A DNA stretch of 64,000 bases from IMG/VR virus record IMGVR_UViG_2974651877_000001, positions 1-64,000 of that record; one strand, 5' to 3'. Position numbers and translations under genes: made by a program. The notes below the pieces were generated by a model. That model was given only the letters and a program-made list of their open reading frames with translations. It did not search any database and was not told where the DNA came from. This DNA comes from a virus. Lineage: Duplodnaviria > Caudoviricetes. Shown here one piece after another: positions 10,982 through 22,027 of this stretch (positions within the stretch are counted from its first letter, which is position 1; each line of letters begins with the position of its first letter).

Positions 10982-11921
10982 ACCTCTTCATAATACGCTT
11001 AATAGTGTGCGGTTCTAGCCCCTCTACTTCTGCGAGATATATAGCTAGTTCTTCTTCCACTGTTAAGCCTTCTAATTCTAGGGTAGCATCTTTACTGACG
11101 CTGATGTTTACCTTCTTATCTAGTAAGTCGGCATCTTTTACTTTCCCAAGGGTTTGCAAGTCACCCTCAAGTTCGTATATTACCCTGTGGTATGGGTCTT
11201 CCTTCATGGCCGCTTCCGAGTCTACTTTGAGTCTAAGTAGCTGCGGTAAAGTATCCAAGCTATGAAAAGTCCAATCACCAAGTTCCGTATCAATAATAAG
11301 GTACCCATTCTCTCCCTCTACCAATTCTCTATGGAACGAAGTTGTTAGCGGACTCCCTGGGTAGATAATAGGCGTGCCACCTGCTGTCTTCTGAGACATA
11401 GAGTGAGCGTGCAAGTCGCCTGCAAATACGATTGCATAGTCGTCAAACTTGGCCAAGTCTATTTCTGGCTCTGTTTTCATGTGCTCAGGAAGCTCTGCCC
11501 TTACATGTGTAAACAGTATATCCGATGTCTTAGGCTCCCAATCCTTGTGCAACTCGAAGAAGTCTATAATATCAAACTCTTTTGAGCGGTAAGGTTCTAG
11601 TACTACCTGCACTAACGGGTTGCAGCGGGTTGTTTCTTCTGCTAGGTAATGGAGGATACCATAAGATTTGGTCTTGGCTTCGTGGTTGCCTGAATAGATT
11701 TTCGTTTTGTGAGCTAACTTGGCCATAAGCTCGAAGTATAGTTCAATCTCCTTCAAGGTAGCATCCGCCTTATCGAAGATATCACCGCCTATGATGTGCA
11801 GGTCAGCCTCAACTTTGTTAAGCTCGTCTACCATCATATGGAATCTATTTCTTTGCCAAGCCTCGGGGACTTTACGTTGCCCTATTTTTATATGCCAATC
11901 GGCACTAAACAGTATTTTCAC
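10956..11921 (-). CDS. D12: SbcD/Mre11-like nuclease (T5 D12)
   Basis: ADWH, GGDIFD, GNHE, GDLH and YPGS motifs; GTG start at 11921 after a GGAG RBS. Confidence 0.93.
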   Translation of the reverse strand: MKILFSADWHIKIGQRKVPEAWQRNRFHMMVDELNKVEADLHIIGGDIFDKADATLKEIELYFELMAKLAHKTKIYSGNHEAKTKSYGILHYLAEETTRCNPLVQVVLEPYRSKEFDIIDFFELHKDWEPKTSDILFTHVRAELPEHMKTEPEIDLAKFDDYAIVFAGDLHAHSMSQKTAGGTPIIYPGSPLTTSFHRELVEGENGYLIIDTELGDWTFHSLDTLPQLLRLKVDSEAAMKEDPYHRVIYELEGDLQTLGKVKDADLLDKKVNISVSKDATLELEGLTVEEELAIYLAEVEGLEPHTIKRIMKRFASAVKTS

Positions 11922-11934
11922 GTAGTTCTCCAAC

Positions 11935-11958
11935 AAGAAAGGGAGCCGAAGCTCCCTC
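11935..11958 (-). terminator. Intrinsic terminator after D11
   Basis: Minus strand gggagc-ttcg-gctccc followed by tttctt. Confidence 0.7.
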
Positions 11959-11967
11959 AAACATTAA

Positions 11968-12672
11968 TTAGTCGTCTAGTTCGCTAATTGCTTCATCAGC
12001 TGCGCTGTCGTCACCTGAATCTTTTTCGTTTTTGCCGCTAGCTGAACCACCGGATAACCAAGACTGTAGCTCTTTACGCTGCTCTTCTGGAGTCATACGT
12101 GGGAATAGCTCGTCGATAGGCTTCATTGTAGCGATAATTTCCTTATCAGCTTCGTGCATTGCTGCAACTTCCTCATCGCCCATTAGGCGAGATGTTGCAA
12201 GCTGGTTGATGCTGTACTTGACTTCGTTCCATTTTTCGCCAGTACGTTTCACAACGAAGTCTACAGTAGTTGGGTCTTTGATACCCAGTTCTTCCATAGT
12301 TTCCATGATACCATCGAAGATTGACTTTTTCAAGTCCATAGCTTCTAGCTTACCAGTTTTTCGGTTGATAACCATGCACTTGTACGCTCGCTTACAACGT
12401 AGTGGACGCATTTGGCCTGGGTTATCCGGGTCTTTTTCTTGAAGACCTACTTCTTGGATTGGGTCAGCGCCACCAACAAACTTCTCTAGTTTGCGGTCGT
12501 AACGTAGGCACTCAAACGGGCGAGGTTTACCTTCGGAGTTGTACACCCAGTAATCCATACGGGCTAGTACGCCAGATACGATACGGAATTGAGTGTTACC
12601 GTTAGTTAGTTTCATGTGTGTTACTTCAGATTTTTGTGCTTCGCCGCGAGCTTCGCCCCAGTTCAATGACAT
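11968..12672 (-). CDS. D11: Single-stranded DNA-binding protein (T5 D11-like)
   Basis: FRIVSGVLAR..YWV N-terminus, acidic C-terminal tail and T5 synteny. Confidence 0.8.
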   Translation of the reverse strand: MSLNWGEARGEAQKSEVTHMKLTNGNTQFRIVSGVLARMDYWVYNSEGKPRPFECLRYDRKLEKFVGGADPIQEVGLQEKDPDNPGQMRPLRCKRAYKCMVINRKTGKLEAMDLKKSIFDGIMETMEELGIKDPTTVDFVVKRTGEKWNEVKYSINQLATSRLMGDEEVAAMHEADKEIIATMKPIDELFPRMTPEEQRKELQSWLSGGSASGKNEKDSGDDSAADEAISELDD

Positions 12673-13025
12673 ATGTTTTCCTCTATAAAGATTAATTCAG
12701 TTTTGTTAATGCGGATTAGTGGGTTTGATTTGACGACGTTTGGCTCGATGTACTCAGGTACGTATGCCATATTTAAGTCTGTATACCCTGTTGTTGCGTA
12801 GGTTTGATAGTTACGTAAGGAGCAGAGTCCTAAATACTCTGCGCGCTGCTGATACGTTAGGTTGTAGGGGTTTTGAGTTACTACTTGAGGATTCAGTATG
12901 AAGTTGTCCCCGTTAAGTACATCGTACCCCGTATTATCAGCAACGTAATCTTCAAAGAGCTTAACCATAACCTCGGAGTTTCCAAGTGCTAGTAAGTAAA
13001 GCGCTTCGTAGTTGAAGAATTTCAT
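12663..13025 (-). CDS. Conserved T5-like hypothetical protein
   Basis: 120 aa (MKFFNYEALYLL, AEYLGLCSLRNY) between D10 and D11. Confidence 0.75.
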   Translation of the reverse strand: MKFFNYEALYLLALGNSEVMVKLFEDYVADNTGYDVLNGDNFILNPQVVTQNPYNLTYQQRAEYLGLCSLRNYQTYATTGYTDLNMAYVPEYIEPNVVKSNPLIRINKTELIFIEENICH

Positions 13026-13248
13026 TTTGGATGGATATTATATCCTAAATAACTCCGTGTAGCAAGAAAAATTTTAAATTATTTACTACACGGGTCTTAA
13101 AGTGTTGAAGGAACTTTCAGGAAGGATTTCTAAACTTCTCAATTTCTATAAATATTATATAATAAATGGAGTTTCGAAGCTACCGAAATTTTAACTTTTT
13201 AAGTTAGGGTCGGTTTTGCACTTCTTCTATCTCGATTTCTGAGAAGTA

Positions 13249-14601
13249 TTATATCAATGTTTCACCTTCTTGGCTATTGATTTTTTCCTTTAATTCGAGT
13301 CCAAGTCTCTTCTTGGTATAACGAATCATTTCCCAACCTCGTCCTTGGTAAATCCCTTTTCTAGTTCCCTTGTGTCTGCGACCTGTATTCCCTTGCAAGC
13401 CTAAGTCTACCACCACAGGTAATTCCTTGCCTGCAGCTATACGTTGAATACGTCCAGCTATCTGCTCCACCAAGGATTTATTGTTAGTAGGGGTGGCTAG
13501 AATAACACAACTAAGCTCGTCCAAAGATACACCTTCCGCGAATATAGACTGCGTAGCCCACAGAATAGCAGGCTCCACGGCATCCGCCACAGTATCCATT
13601 ATCTCTAGTCTATCGTCCATATCGACGTTTCCAGTGATGATGTAAGAGTCTACTTGGTTATCTTTGTTCCATTCCTCTAGCATCTCTACTCGGTCGTTTA
13701 CGACCAAGACCTTGTGTCCTAGCTTAGCATAGGCATTGGCCAAGGCTTTTACTGTATGGAAATACTCAGGGTCTTTGTACAGCTCATTGACTCTTAGTGC
13801 CCACGGAGTATCTGAGCCCCCAGGAATCTCACAGTCTAGTTCGTACATGTGTATAGTAGGAGGCAAGGTGTTATTTTCCGCTGGTGTGTATACTTTATTA
13901 CCAAAGAAATTAGAGAAACATACGTGAAGTCCGTCTTTTCTCCATAAAGTACCTGTTAGTCCCACCTTGATTTTAGCCTTAGAGAACATAACCAATAGTT
14001 CAAAAGTAGCTGCTACACAGTGATGTGCTTCGTCTACGATTAGTAGCCCGAACTTATCAGATAAGTCTGAACCATACTTCCTAACAGTCTGAATGTTGGC
14101 TACTACAATAGGTGGGTCGGTTTCGTACTTACCTCCGCCTATGACTCCAGGAGTAAAGCCGAACCATTTCTTAATTTCCTTCTCCCACATAGCCCTGATG
14201 TTCGTGTTTGTACAGACTACCAGAGTTTTTTGTTGGAACTTAAATGCCAAGAACAAAGCACTAATGGTCTTACCGAAACCCGGTGCACCATTGATTATAC
14301 AGTCGCCATCTACATCCTCACATATTTCCGCTTGGTCGCTTCGTAAGGTAAACTCCGGCTCAGGTATTTCGGCAGGTACAGAAATCCTCTTGTCCACTAT
14401 CTCTAGGTCAATACCTTTCAGTAAGTCTAGTCTAGTATTTGGCATCCAGTAAACATCACCCGCTACTTGCCCGAAGTGAGAGACGTATCTCGGGTAGGTA
14501 GCTTGGGGGTCTATAATCTCGTAAGTAAGCTGCTTCTGTAGTCTCTCCTTCAGCTCCTCATCCGGTTTTAAATATATTTTATTAGATAGAACTATTTTCA
14601 C
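13249..14601 (-). CDS. D10: SF2 DNA helicase (T5 D10)
   Basis: GAPGFGKT, DEAHH, GLTGT and QIAGRIQR motifs. Confidence 0.95.
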   Translation of the reverse strand: MKIVLSNKIYLKPDEELKERLQKQLTYEIIDPQATYPRYVSHFGQVAGDVYWMPNTRLDLLKGIDLEIVDKRISVPAEIPEPEFTLRSDQAEICEDVDGDCIINGAPGFGKTISALFLAFKFQQKTLVVCTNTNIRAMWEKEIKKWFGFTPGVIGGGKYETDPPIVVANIQTVRKYGSDLSDKFGLLIVDEAHHCVAATFELLVMFSKAKIKVGLTGTLWRKDGLHVCFSNFFGNKVYTPAENNTLPPTIHMYELDCEIPGGSDTPWALRVNELYKDPEYFHTVKALANAYAKLGHKVLVVNDRVEMLEEWNKDNQVDSYIITGNVDMDDRLEIMDTVADAVEPAILWATQSIFAEGVSLDELSCVILATPTNNKSLVEQIAGRIQRIAAGKELPVVVDLGLQGNTGRRHKGTRKGIYQGRGWEMIRYTKKRLGLELKEKINSQEGETLI

Positions 14602-15080
14602 AGCTTGATTCTCACACGCTCCGAAGGCTTATCCGAGACATCGAATAAAATCCTACCTTTCGGAGTGTCCACCACTACTACATAGTCTCCAGCTTCTGAC
14701 GTTACGAAGTTACCAACCCTAGTCTGTAACAGATACTTTCCATTCCAAGTTCTAGAGCGGTGTAATACTTTATGGGAAGAAATAGGGTAGGTTTTGCACT
14801 TACTAATCTTCCATATTTTTCCATCAGAATCTATAAACTCCCGTCTTCGGGGATTGCGTAGGATTTGTGCTATGGTAGTGTACTTTTCCTTTAACGGATA
14901 CAGAGGTAGTCCTGTATCCATCTCTGCCAACTTTAGCCTCCTTTCGAAGTAGTTTCCAGGTAGTGACGGCATGTCTAGTATATACTGTCGGTATCTGGAA
15001 TTTATAAGAATATACGGAGGGTCTTCGACCCTCCCAAAGTTAGCCCTTAGCGCGTAGAGAGGAAACTTTGCGTTAAGCAT
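14598..15080 (-). CDS. Conserved T5-like hypothetical protein
   Basis: 160 aa (FPLYALR, FIDSDGK) coupled between pol and D10. Confidence 0.75.
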   Translation of the reverse strand: MLNAKFPLYALRANFGRVEDPPYILINSRYRQYILDMPSLPGNYFERRLKLAEMDTGLPLYPLKEKYTTIAQILRNPRRREFIDSDGKIWKISKCKTYPISSHKVLHRSRTWNGKYLLQTRVGNFVTSEAGDYVVVVDTPKGRILFDVSDKPSERVRIKL

Positions 15081-17673
15081 ATTCCTCCTCTACCACTGCC
15101 TTTATCCTTTCGGCTCGCTCAACCCAGACCTTTTCGTGGCCCTGTAAGTCCTCCTCTGGGATAGGGTCGGTTTCGTACTTAGATAACCAGTTCGTTACTT
15201 CCGCAGCGAACTTCTCGTCTTCTAGTACAGCCAAATCTGGCCACATCTTCTTGAGCTTGCCACAACCATAGTCTACAGAGCCTCCTTTCTCGGAGTCGCT
15301 TTCGATACCAATAGGAGTGCCCTCAATACCTAAGAACTCTCCAAGACTATTGAATCTAGCTTTCTGGATATTTCTATCTAAAAGCTCAGAGTACTCATCC
15401 ACTAAGTCTTCACGAACAACTGCAACAATCGAGTCGTGTACTAACGCCACAATTTCTGCGTCCATTCCACGCTCAGCAATCTCGTTATCCGCATCTATAC
15501 AACCCATCAACAGGGAATCAGAAGACGCTGACTGAATAATAGCGTTGAATCCTGAACGAATTTCGCCACCCACAACTCCACGGTCATCAGACTTGATGTT
15601 GTGCAGTCTACGTTTACGCCCGTAGAAGCTGTAAATAAATCCGTACTGACGGATTTGGTCGTGAGATTCTTCAATCCACTTCTTAAGTTGAGGGAATCGA
15701 CCGAAGTAAGTTTCGATGTATCCTTTCGCATCTCCTAGAGTACATGGATTGTACGGAGTACCCATTTCGATGTGTTGCTCTAGTAGAGCTTCGTTTACAG
15801 ACTCCATTACTTTCGCAGGGCCAGAACCGTACAAGATACCGAAGGTGATAGCCTTAGATGCTTGACGCATCGCTGGATATAGCTTCTTAACCTCGTTAGG
15901 TTCACAAGGTAGGTTGAACACCATGTGTGCGATAGTGGAGTGGAAGTCAGCATACTTATCAGGCTCGTTAGTCATATTAACGAACACTTGTTGTAGAGCT
16001 TTGTCTCCAGACAGTACGGCCGCGTAGTAAACCTCGGCAGTTGTCAAGTCTTTTGCCACAATCTTGTAGCCTGGAGGAGCTACAATACAACCCTTAACTA
16101 TTGGGTTATCACGAGGCAATTGTTGCAAGTTAATTGTACCGGAGGACGATAGACGACCTGAGGTGGTTGTAGTGATACCAAAACCTGTACGTACACGACC
16201 ATCCCAGTCCACGTTATCAATCATTTTGTTAATGAAAGAGGATAGTAGCTTGGTGTTCTTACGCACTTTTAGCAGTAACTTAGGTAAGTCCCCGAACTCT
16301 GACAGTTTGGTCAGAACTTCTGCGTTAGTAGAGTCCTGTCCTGTGCCTGTCATAATCCCTGTAGGCTGGTATCCTGCTATATCAAACAACAAGACACGTA
16401 GTTGTATAGGGGATTGAGGATTAAATTTCTTACCTTCCTGCTTTTCGAACTCGATAACTGCTGGGTGTGAGTAAAGCTCTTCTTCAGCCTCAAAGATTGC
16501 TTCATGCAGTAATTTTTGAGCTGCACGTAATCTCTTCTTAGAGACCGGAACTCCTCGGTCTTCCATACGCTTAAGGAATCGCATACCTGGAATCATTAAG
16601 TTCTCGTAAAGTTCCTTCAGACGAGGATTTTTCATTACGATTGGGTAGAACTTGTTGTGTAGGCGAATGGTAGCGTCTGTATCTTTCGCAGCGTAAGCTG
16701 CGAGGATTGGGAAAGGAATCAGGTCATAGGTGAACTGCTCTTTATTAATCTTGTGCACCTTACAGTACTCAGACTTGAACTCGTCTAGCTTTTTATCATA
16801 GTTACCCATATCGGTGTATTTGATTGCTAGAGGTTTTAGGCCGTGGCCTTTACGTTCGTCCAGAACATAGTGCTGAATCATGGAATCGTGTAGGCGTTTC
16901 TCTTTGAAACACTTCTCGAAACTTATGCCCATGTGGTGAGTAAACCAGTGCCAGTCGAACTTAGTATTGTGAAATACTATATGGATATCTTCACAATCCA
17001 CTACCTTCTGGATGAGGTTAAATACTTCTTCATCGAAGTAGTCTGCGTTTACATAAACCCCTTGGCCTTCGGAGTGTGACATTGAGATTCCTAACATCTC
17101 AGCATTTCTGGCGTAAAAGCCCCCTGTTTCCGAGTCGAGAGCAACTACGTTAGGACGCATCTCTAGTACGGAACGCAAGTACATCTTGAACTCAGTCATG
17201 GAGCCAATAACTAAGTTATCTTCCTGCTCATCCAACTCCTCTTGAGTAGTGTGGTTACAGAAGATATTATAGATTACTTTCTCTGGCTCTACGTAGGTTC
17301 CGTCGATGTGAGAATTTAGACGTTCAACCGTTTGGTCGAACACAGGCTTGCCCTCCGGCTTAAAGAAAAGCGCAGCAGGGTTCATAGAACAAAGGAAGTT
17401 CTTGTAGTCTGACCAGTCTTTCTTAGGTTTAGCGTCTACACGCATACCAGTCATATCGACTACAGAGGTTTCCTTAGAAAAATACTTTAATGGGTCAGAA
17501 CCAACTAGGATAACCCAGTCATACTCATACACGTCAATATCTATATCAACGTGCTTCACCAAAACTCGTTTTACTGATTGAGTGGTAAGTGGAAAGACAT
17601 CCACTTCCCTACCGAACAACTTCGAAAAGTTGGTTTTAGTAGGTTTAGGTACAATTAGTGCTACTTTTGACAT
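15073..17673 (-). CDS. pol: Family A DNA polymerase with 3'-5' exonuclease domain
   Basis: LDSETGG, HNTKFD, YAAKD, TSGRLSS, KAITFGILYG and LVHDS motifs. Confidence 0.97.
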   Translation of the reverse strand: MSKVALIVPKPTKTNFSKLFGREVDVFPLTTQSVKRVLVKHVDIDIDVYEYDWVILVGSDPLKYFSKETSVVDMTGMRVDAKPKKDWSDYKNFLCSMNPAALFFKPEGKPVFDQTVERLNSHIDGTYVEPEKVIYNIFCNHTTQEELDEQEDNLVIGSMTEFKMYLRSVLEMRPNVVALDSETGGFYARNAEMLGISMSHSEGQGVYVNADYFDEEVFNLIQKVVDCEDIHIVFHNTKFDWHWFTHHMGISFEKCFKEKRLHDSMIQHYVLDERKGHGLKPLAIKYTDMGNYDKKLDEFKSEYCKVHKINKEQFTYDLIPFPILAAYAAKDTDATIRLHNKFYPIVMKNPRLKELYENLMIPGMRFLKRMEDRGVPVSKKRLRAAQKLLHEAIFEAEEELYSHPAVIEFEKQEGKKFNPQSPIQLRVLLFDIAGYQPTGIMTGTGQDSTNAEVLTKLSEFGDLPKLLLKVRKNTKLLSSFINKMIDNVDWDGRVRTGFGITTTTSGRLSSSGTINLQQLPRDNPIVKGCIVAPPGYKIVAKDLTTAEVYYAAVLSGDKALQQVFVNMTNEPDKYADFHSTIAHMVFNLPCEPNEVKKLYPAMRQASKAITFGILYGSGPAKVMESVNEALLEQHIEMGTPYNPCTLGDAKGYIETYFGRFPQLKKWIEESHDQIRQYGFIYSFYGRKRRLHNIKSDDRGVVGGEIRSGFNAIIQSASSDSLLMGCIDADNEIAERGMDAEIVALVHDSIVAVVREDLVDEYSELLDRNIQKARFNSLGEFLGIEGTPIGIESDSEKGGSVDYGCGKLKKMWPDLAVLEDEKFAAEVTNWLSKYETDPIPEEDLQGHEKVWVERAERIKAVVEEEYA

Positions 17674-17734
17674 ATATTTCCTACAATTATTATGGATAAT
17701 ACTTTCTTCATTTATTTGAATATTATATCAATAA

Positions 17735-18609
17735 TTAGACTTTGTTGGCTAATAATTTTTCGATATAATTCTGTAACTGATACACTTCATCTTCGTCTAG
17801 TCCTCCAGGGTCTTGCCCAGGAAGTAAGAAGTCGCTTGCGTCGAACACCCTACACGAAGTTTTAGCTTTTATCAGTTTCTCTAGCTTAGCGGTTGCTAGT
17901 TGCCCTGCACCATCTCCATCTAGTAATAAAACTATCCTAGTTATTCCTGATGCGGTTAGTGGAGCCAGCTTCTCTTCCGCTGTCTTCCAAGTTAAGTTGT
18001 GAGTACCGAATATAGCCGCTGCTGTGTCCAGTCCTTTATCATGTAGATTAACTACATCAAAAAGTCCCTCTACCAGAACTATTGTATCGCTATTTTTAGG
18101 TATAGGGTAAATTGGGAGGCTAGCTGAGGCTGGATATACTAAGTACTTTGGAGTTGCATTGGAGTGGGTATATCTACCAATCAATGCCGGTATAGTGCCA
18201 CTGACGGAGAATATAGGGAAAACGACCCTATTTAGGAACTCTGGGTCAGTGTGGGTGAAGGCCTGGAATTTTTCAAAAGTCTCTGCCTTTATACCCCTAA
18301 ACTCTTTAGCGAAAGGTACACTAGATTCCGGTATATCTAAGCCTCTAGTTTCTAGGAGTATGTTTTGTATTTGGGACTCCACCTCATAGAGCAAGTCATA
18401 AGTCCTGCTTCTGTACTGTCCGAAGTGGTCGAATAAGTCCCCCTTAAAGCCACAGGACAAACAATGAAAACGTCCTGTGTCTCGGTCTATTCTTAGCGAG
18501 GGGTTATTATCCTCATGTTCTGGGTTGAAGCAGGAAACGACATAGTCGTTCCCCTTTTCAATATATTCTCACCTTTCTCGCTTAAGAGTTTTAACACGTC
18601 TGTGGTCAC
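17735..18609 (-). CDS. pri: DNA primase (zinc finger plus TOPRIM), with a frameshift at ~18570
   Basis: CFNPEHEDNNPS...FHCLSCG zinc finger, VEGLFD and LDGDGAG. The GTG start at 18609 with a GAGGA RBS is one base out of frame. Confidence 0.88.
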
Positions 18610-18653
18610 ACGTAATCCTCTAAGTAGTATGCGCTAAGGCTGGTTTGGCGCGG

Positions 18654-19980
18654 TTATTTTTCAAGCATATCTTCCAACAACTCTTTGGTCAAGTCTACGT
18701 TCTTTATTCTTAAGCACTGCCAATCCATAGGTGGCTTCCAATACGACTATATCCGCTTCTTCATACGCATGAATAATCATAGCGTAATCTGCGGGGTCTA
18801 GGATAGCTTGGGAAAGTCTTGCTTCACCATCGTTATTGATTTGGTAAGGAGATATCATTGCTACCTCATGTTTACGAGCAAGGTTCTTCAAACCTTTTGC
18901 CACTACTAACTGGTCTTTCCAATCATACATAGACGACTGGTCTTCCACGATAACTTGGTTAACATAGTCAACAACACAGGCCGTAACCTGCTCCCCATAC
19001 TTAGCCACTATAGCTCCCAAGTGTGCATCCACGGAGGCGAGCCTAAGTTGGGAATCATCTACTATAATGAATGGTGTGACTTCTGGTAGATTTCTTAGCG
19101 ATGCCTCGAACCCTACTAGGTCAGAACCTTTCTCACACGGCTCCTCCATCTCCTCTAGGAACTCAGATAGTACCTCATAGCTGTCCTCGAACATCGCTGC
19201 GCGAGTAACTAGAAGTTTAAATATATCGGTGCCAGAAGTTTCATTATTACGTAAATCCATAGCATCTGCACCTGACAGATTAGCCATGAATCTTTGGAAC
19301 GTCTCCCCTGCTCGCATCTCAATAGTGAAGTATGGACATATCTTCCCCTCCCTATATTGATTTGCCGCAAAGTTCATTGACATTACGGACTTACCAGAAC
19401 CTCGTTTACCTCCGAGTAATAGTAAATCTTCTCTACGTAAACCACCGTATTCAAAGTCCCATCTAGGGCTTATGCTAGTAAGCACCGTTTCCGCCTCTGA
19501 ATCCTCAGTGGATTGGAAAGCAGATAATTTATTACCAGTGAATACCTTATCACTAGCATCTAGCGAGTCCGAAACGTGAGTTTGGATTTCCGCGAGCCTT
19601 TCAGTGATTTCTTGGGCGTTTAATAGAGTAATGTCTTTAAGTAGTAGATTCTGTATCGTTGTTAGTGATAGTTGTTGTGCGTACTCACTCTCCAGTGCTT
19701 CTATAGCTAGGGACAGTTCCACCTCATCAGGCAGTTCTGTATTCGCTAACGCATCTAAAGTTGCAAGTACGCTACTGGAGCGGTTATTAGCTAACCGTAG
19801 CTCCGTAAGGTTTGGAAGCTTATTGTATTTTTCGTAAAACTGCGCTATTAAATGGCGGATTTTACGATAAGAGTCTGAGAAATACTCGCTTTTTGCTGCA
19901 TCAAACTCTAATACTAGGTCAGATTCTGATGAGGAACTTAATAACAGCTTTAGCACTATTGCTTGAGTATTTATACTCAT
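18654..19980 (-). CDS. D6: Replicative DnaB-like helicase (T5 D6), with a frameshift or deletion near 18730
   Basis: GGKRGSGKS, FTIEM, VDYVNQ and SPYQI motifs; an MDWQCLRIK tail in another frame ends at 18654. Confidence 0.9.
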
Positions 19981-19993
19981 TCAGTGTCCTCAT

Positions 19994-20021
19994 AAAAGAA
20001 AAGGGGCGAGGCTCACGCCCC
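19994..20021 (-). terminator. Intrinsic terminator after D5
   Basis: Minus strand ggggcg-tgagcct-cgcccc followed by ttttctttt. Confidence 0.7.
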
Positions 20022-20049
20022 ACCCCTTCGACTTAGAAATTAGATTTTA

Positions 20050-20787
20050 TTACTCAGCTGACTTTTGAGATGCAATTTTAGCAGCGCGTTTTGCACCATC
20101 GTGGTCTGCACAGCTGATACCACGGCGAGTTAGTGTAGCTTTAATACCACGCTCTGTACGGTCAACGGCTGCTGCAATTTCCGCTACAGTCATATTAGCA
20201 ACATCTAGACCTTCAAGAATATCTTCTTTAGCTTTTGCGCTAGAAGTTTCTTGCTTAGGCATTTCGCTAATGCGACCTTCTTTTTGTAGGCTTAGACACT
20301 TACCGCGAACGCTGTTAAGTGGACGACCCATTGCTTCAGCAACAGCTTCCATAGAAGCACCGCCTGAAACTAAGTCAACAATCTTAGCTTCTTCATCTAC
20401 AGAGTAAGAACGTACCGGAGCCGCTTTTTCAGTAGGCTTAACGTGCTCTGTTAGCTGTAGAGAAAGGATCTTACCTTGAACCTGCTTAGTAGAGAACTTA
20501 CCATCTAGAACTGCTGCTGCGATTTCAGAGTAAGTTAGATTACCTGCGTTAGCGTTTAGGAAGTCTACAAGTACTGCTTCTTCGTCTTCTGTCCATTTTG
20601 GCTTACCAGCTTCTGTTGCTAGCTGCACAGAATATTCCATTTTACGAAGTTTAGAACCTACTGAACGAGCTGAAGTACCTAGCTGTTCCGCGATTTCTTT
20701 AAGTTGGTCTTGAGACACTTCATCTACGCCAGCTACTGCTGCTTCTAGTGCTTTTACGTTGTCTTCAGTCCAAGTGAATTTTGCCAT
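20050..20787 (-). CDS. D5: DNA-binding transcription regulator (T5 D5)
   Basis: Repeated Myb/HTH-like units (WTEDNV, WTEDEE, YSVDEE); position between ligB and the helicase. Confidence 0.85.
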   Translation of the reverse strand: MAKFTWTEDNVKALEAAVAGVDEVSQDQLKEIAEQLGTSARSVGSKLRKMEYSVQLATEAGKPKWTEDEEAVLVDFLNANAGNLTYSEIAAAVLDGKFSTKQVQGKILSLQLTEHVKPTEKAAPVRSYSVDEEAKIVDLVSGGASMEAVAEAMGRPLNSVRGKCLSLQKEGRISEMPKQETSSAKAKEDILEGLDVANMTVAEIAAAVDRTERGIKATLTRRGISCADHDGAKRAAKIASQKSAE

Positions 20788-20814
20788 GTGTGATTTTCTC
20801 CAAAAATTTTCGGG

Positions 20815-21564
20815 TTAAGAGCCTAAAAGCTCTTTGATAGTTAGAATTGGGATGCCTAAATCGTTAGCTTTGTTTGTTTTTGAAGATGTAGAACCATCTT
20901 CGACGATTAGGGCTATAGTCTTTTTCGTTACTCCGCTCTTTACGGAGTATCCATGTTGTTCTAAGAACTTAGCAGCTTCTGTGCGGTTCTTAAAGTCGTT
21001 AAGTTTACCAGTAATTACTACGTCTCCTTTGGCTTCCACAGAGGCGGAGGCTGTAGTTGACTGTTCTGTTACGGTAAACGTAATTGGGATTTGACGGACA
21101 TCCTCACCTTGAGGCGAGACCATCCAGTCTAATAAGTTTTTAGTGGCTTTCTCTCCTAAGCCTGCCTCCGCACAGGAGGCTTCAGTGACGTCTTCCCAAG
21201 AGTTTGCTTTAATACCTAGCTTGTTAGCAGCTACGGTACCAATCAAAGGGATTCCTAGTGCACCTAGAAACTGTCCGAATTCCACTACTCGTTTATTCGC
21301 AATCTCGGCGTGTAACTTAGTAGCTGTCTTCTCTCCTAATTTCTCTGTTAGGTAGTCTTCAGACAAGGAATACAGTTCAGATAGGGACTCAACACCTAAT
21401 TTTTCAATGGTCTTCGGTCCGAAGCCTTTAATCTTCATCTTCTTACAAAAGCTTTCAACAATTTTTGCTGTCTGAGCTGGGCAAGAAGAGTTACGACAAA
21501 AGAGTTGGTCTTTGACTCTTTCGAGTAGAGAGTCGCAGCTTGGGCAATTAGTAGGGATGTTCAT
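20815..21564 (-). CDS. ligB: NAD-dependent DNA ligase subunit B (zinc finger, HhH, BRCT)
   Basis: CPSC...FCRNSSC, IKGFG, LGIPLIG and BRCT VVITG motifs. Confidence 0.93.
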   Translation of the reverse strand: MNIPTNCPSCDSLLERVKDQLFCRNSSCPAQTAKIVESFCKKMKIKGFGPKTIEKLGVESLSELYSLSEDYLTEKLGEKTATKLHAEIANKRVVEFGQFLGALGIPLIGTVAANKLGIKANSWEDVTEASCAEAGLGEKATKNLLDWMVSPQGEDVRQIPITFTVTEQSTTASASVEAKGDVVITGKLNDFKNRTEAAKFLEQHGYSVKSGVTKKTIALIVEDGSTSSKTNKANDLGIPILTIKELLGS

Positions 21565-21715
21565 ATCTGTCCTTCTATCTATTTTGTATACTCATTATAT
21601 CAAAATGATACTGAGAGGGCAAATAAAAGTTTTCCTCTTTATGCCCAGACCTCTTTAATCAATTCGCTTGTGTCCCAAAGCATGAGATATATTATATGCT
21701 AAGGATTCATTCGCG

Positions 21716-22027
21716 TCAATGGTACTTTTTAGGAGCTGACTGAATAGTTGATTCTTCTGTCAATTCAACAACTGGAGCGTTATTAACGATGGCCAGCAGT
21801 GTATCTAGGGAAGTAGTCACCTTGTTTTTATACGCAGTTAATGCCTTGGTCAGTTCTAGCACATCGCTTTCAGACAACGGCTTCTCTGCTAAAGAGAACG
21901 TGGTGATTTTTGCTACCATTTGCATGGTTGCGTCCGCTTCCGCACCGTCACCGCCTAGAGCCATGATGAGAGTCAGTCGGTCGGCTTCTGTGGTTTTTAT
22001 TAACTCTGATAGGTCGTAGTTCTTCAT
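21716..22027 (-). CDS. Hypothetical protein
   Basis: 103-aa ORF with AAGGA RBS, coupled to the upstream ORF. Confidence 0.7.
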   Translation of the reverse strand: MKNYDLSELIKTTEADRLTLIMALGGDGAEADATMQMVAKITTFSLAEKPLSESDVLELTKALTAYKNKVTTSLDTLLAIVNNAPVVELTEESTIQSAPKKYH

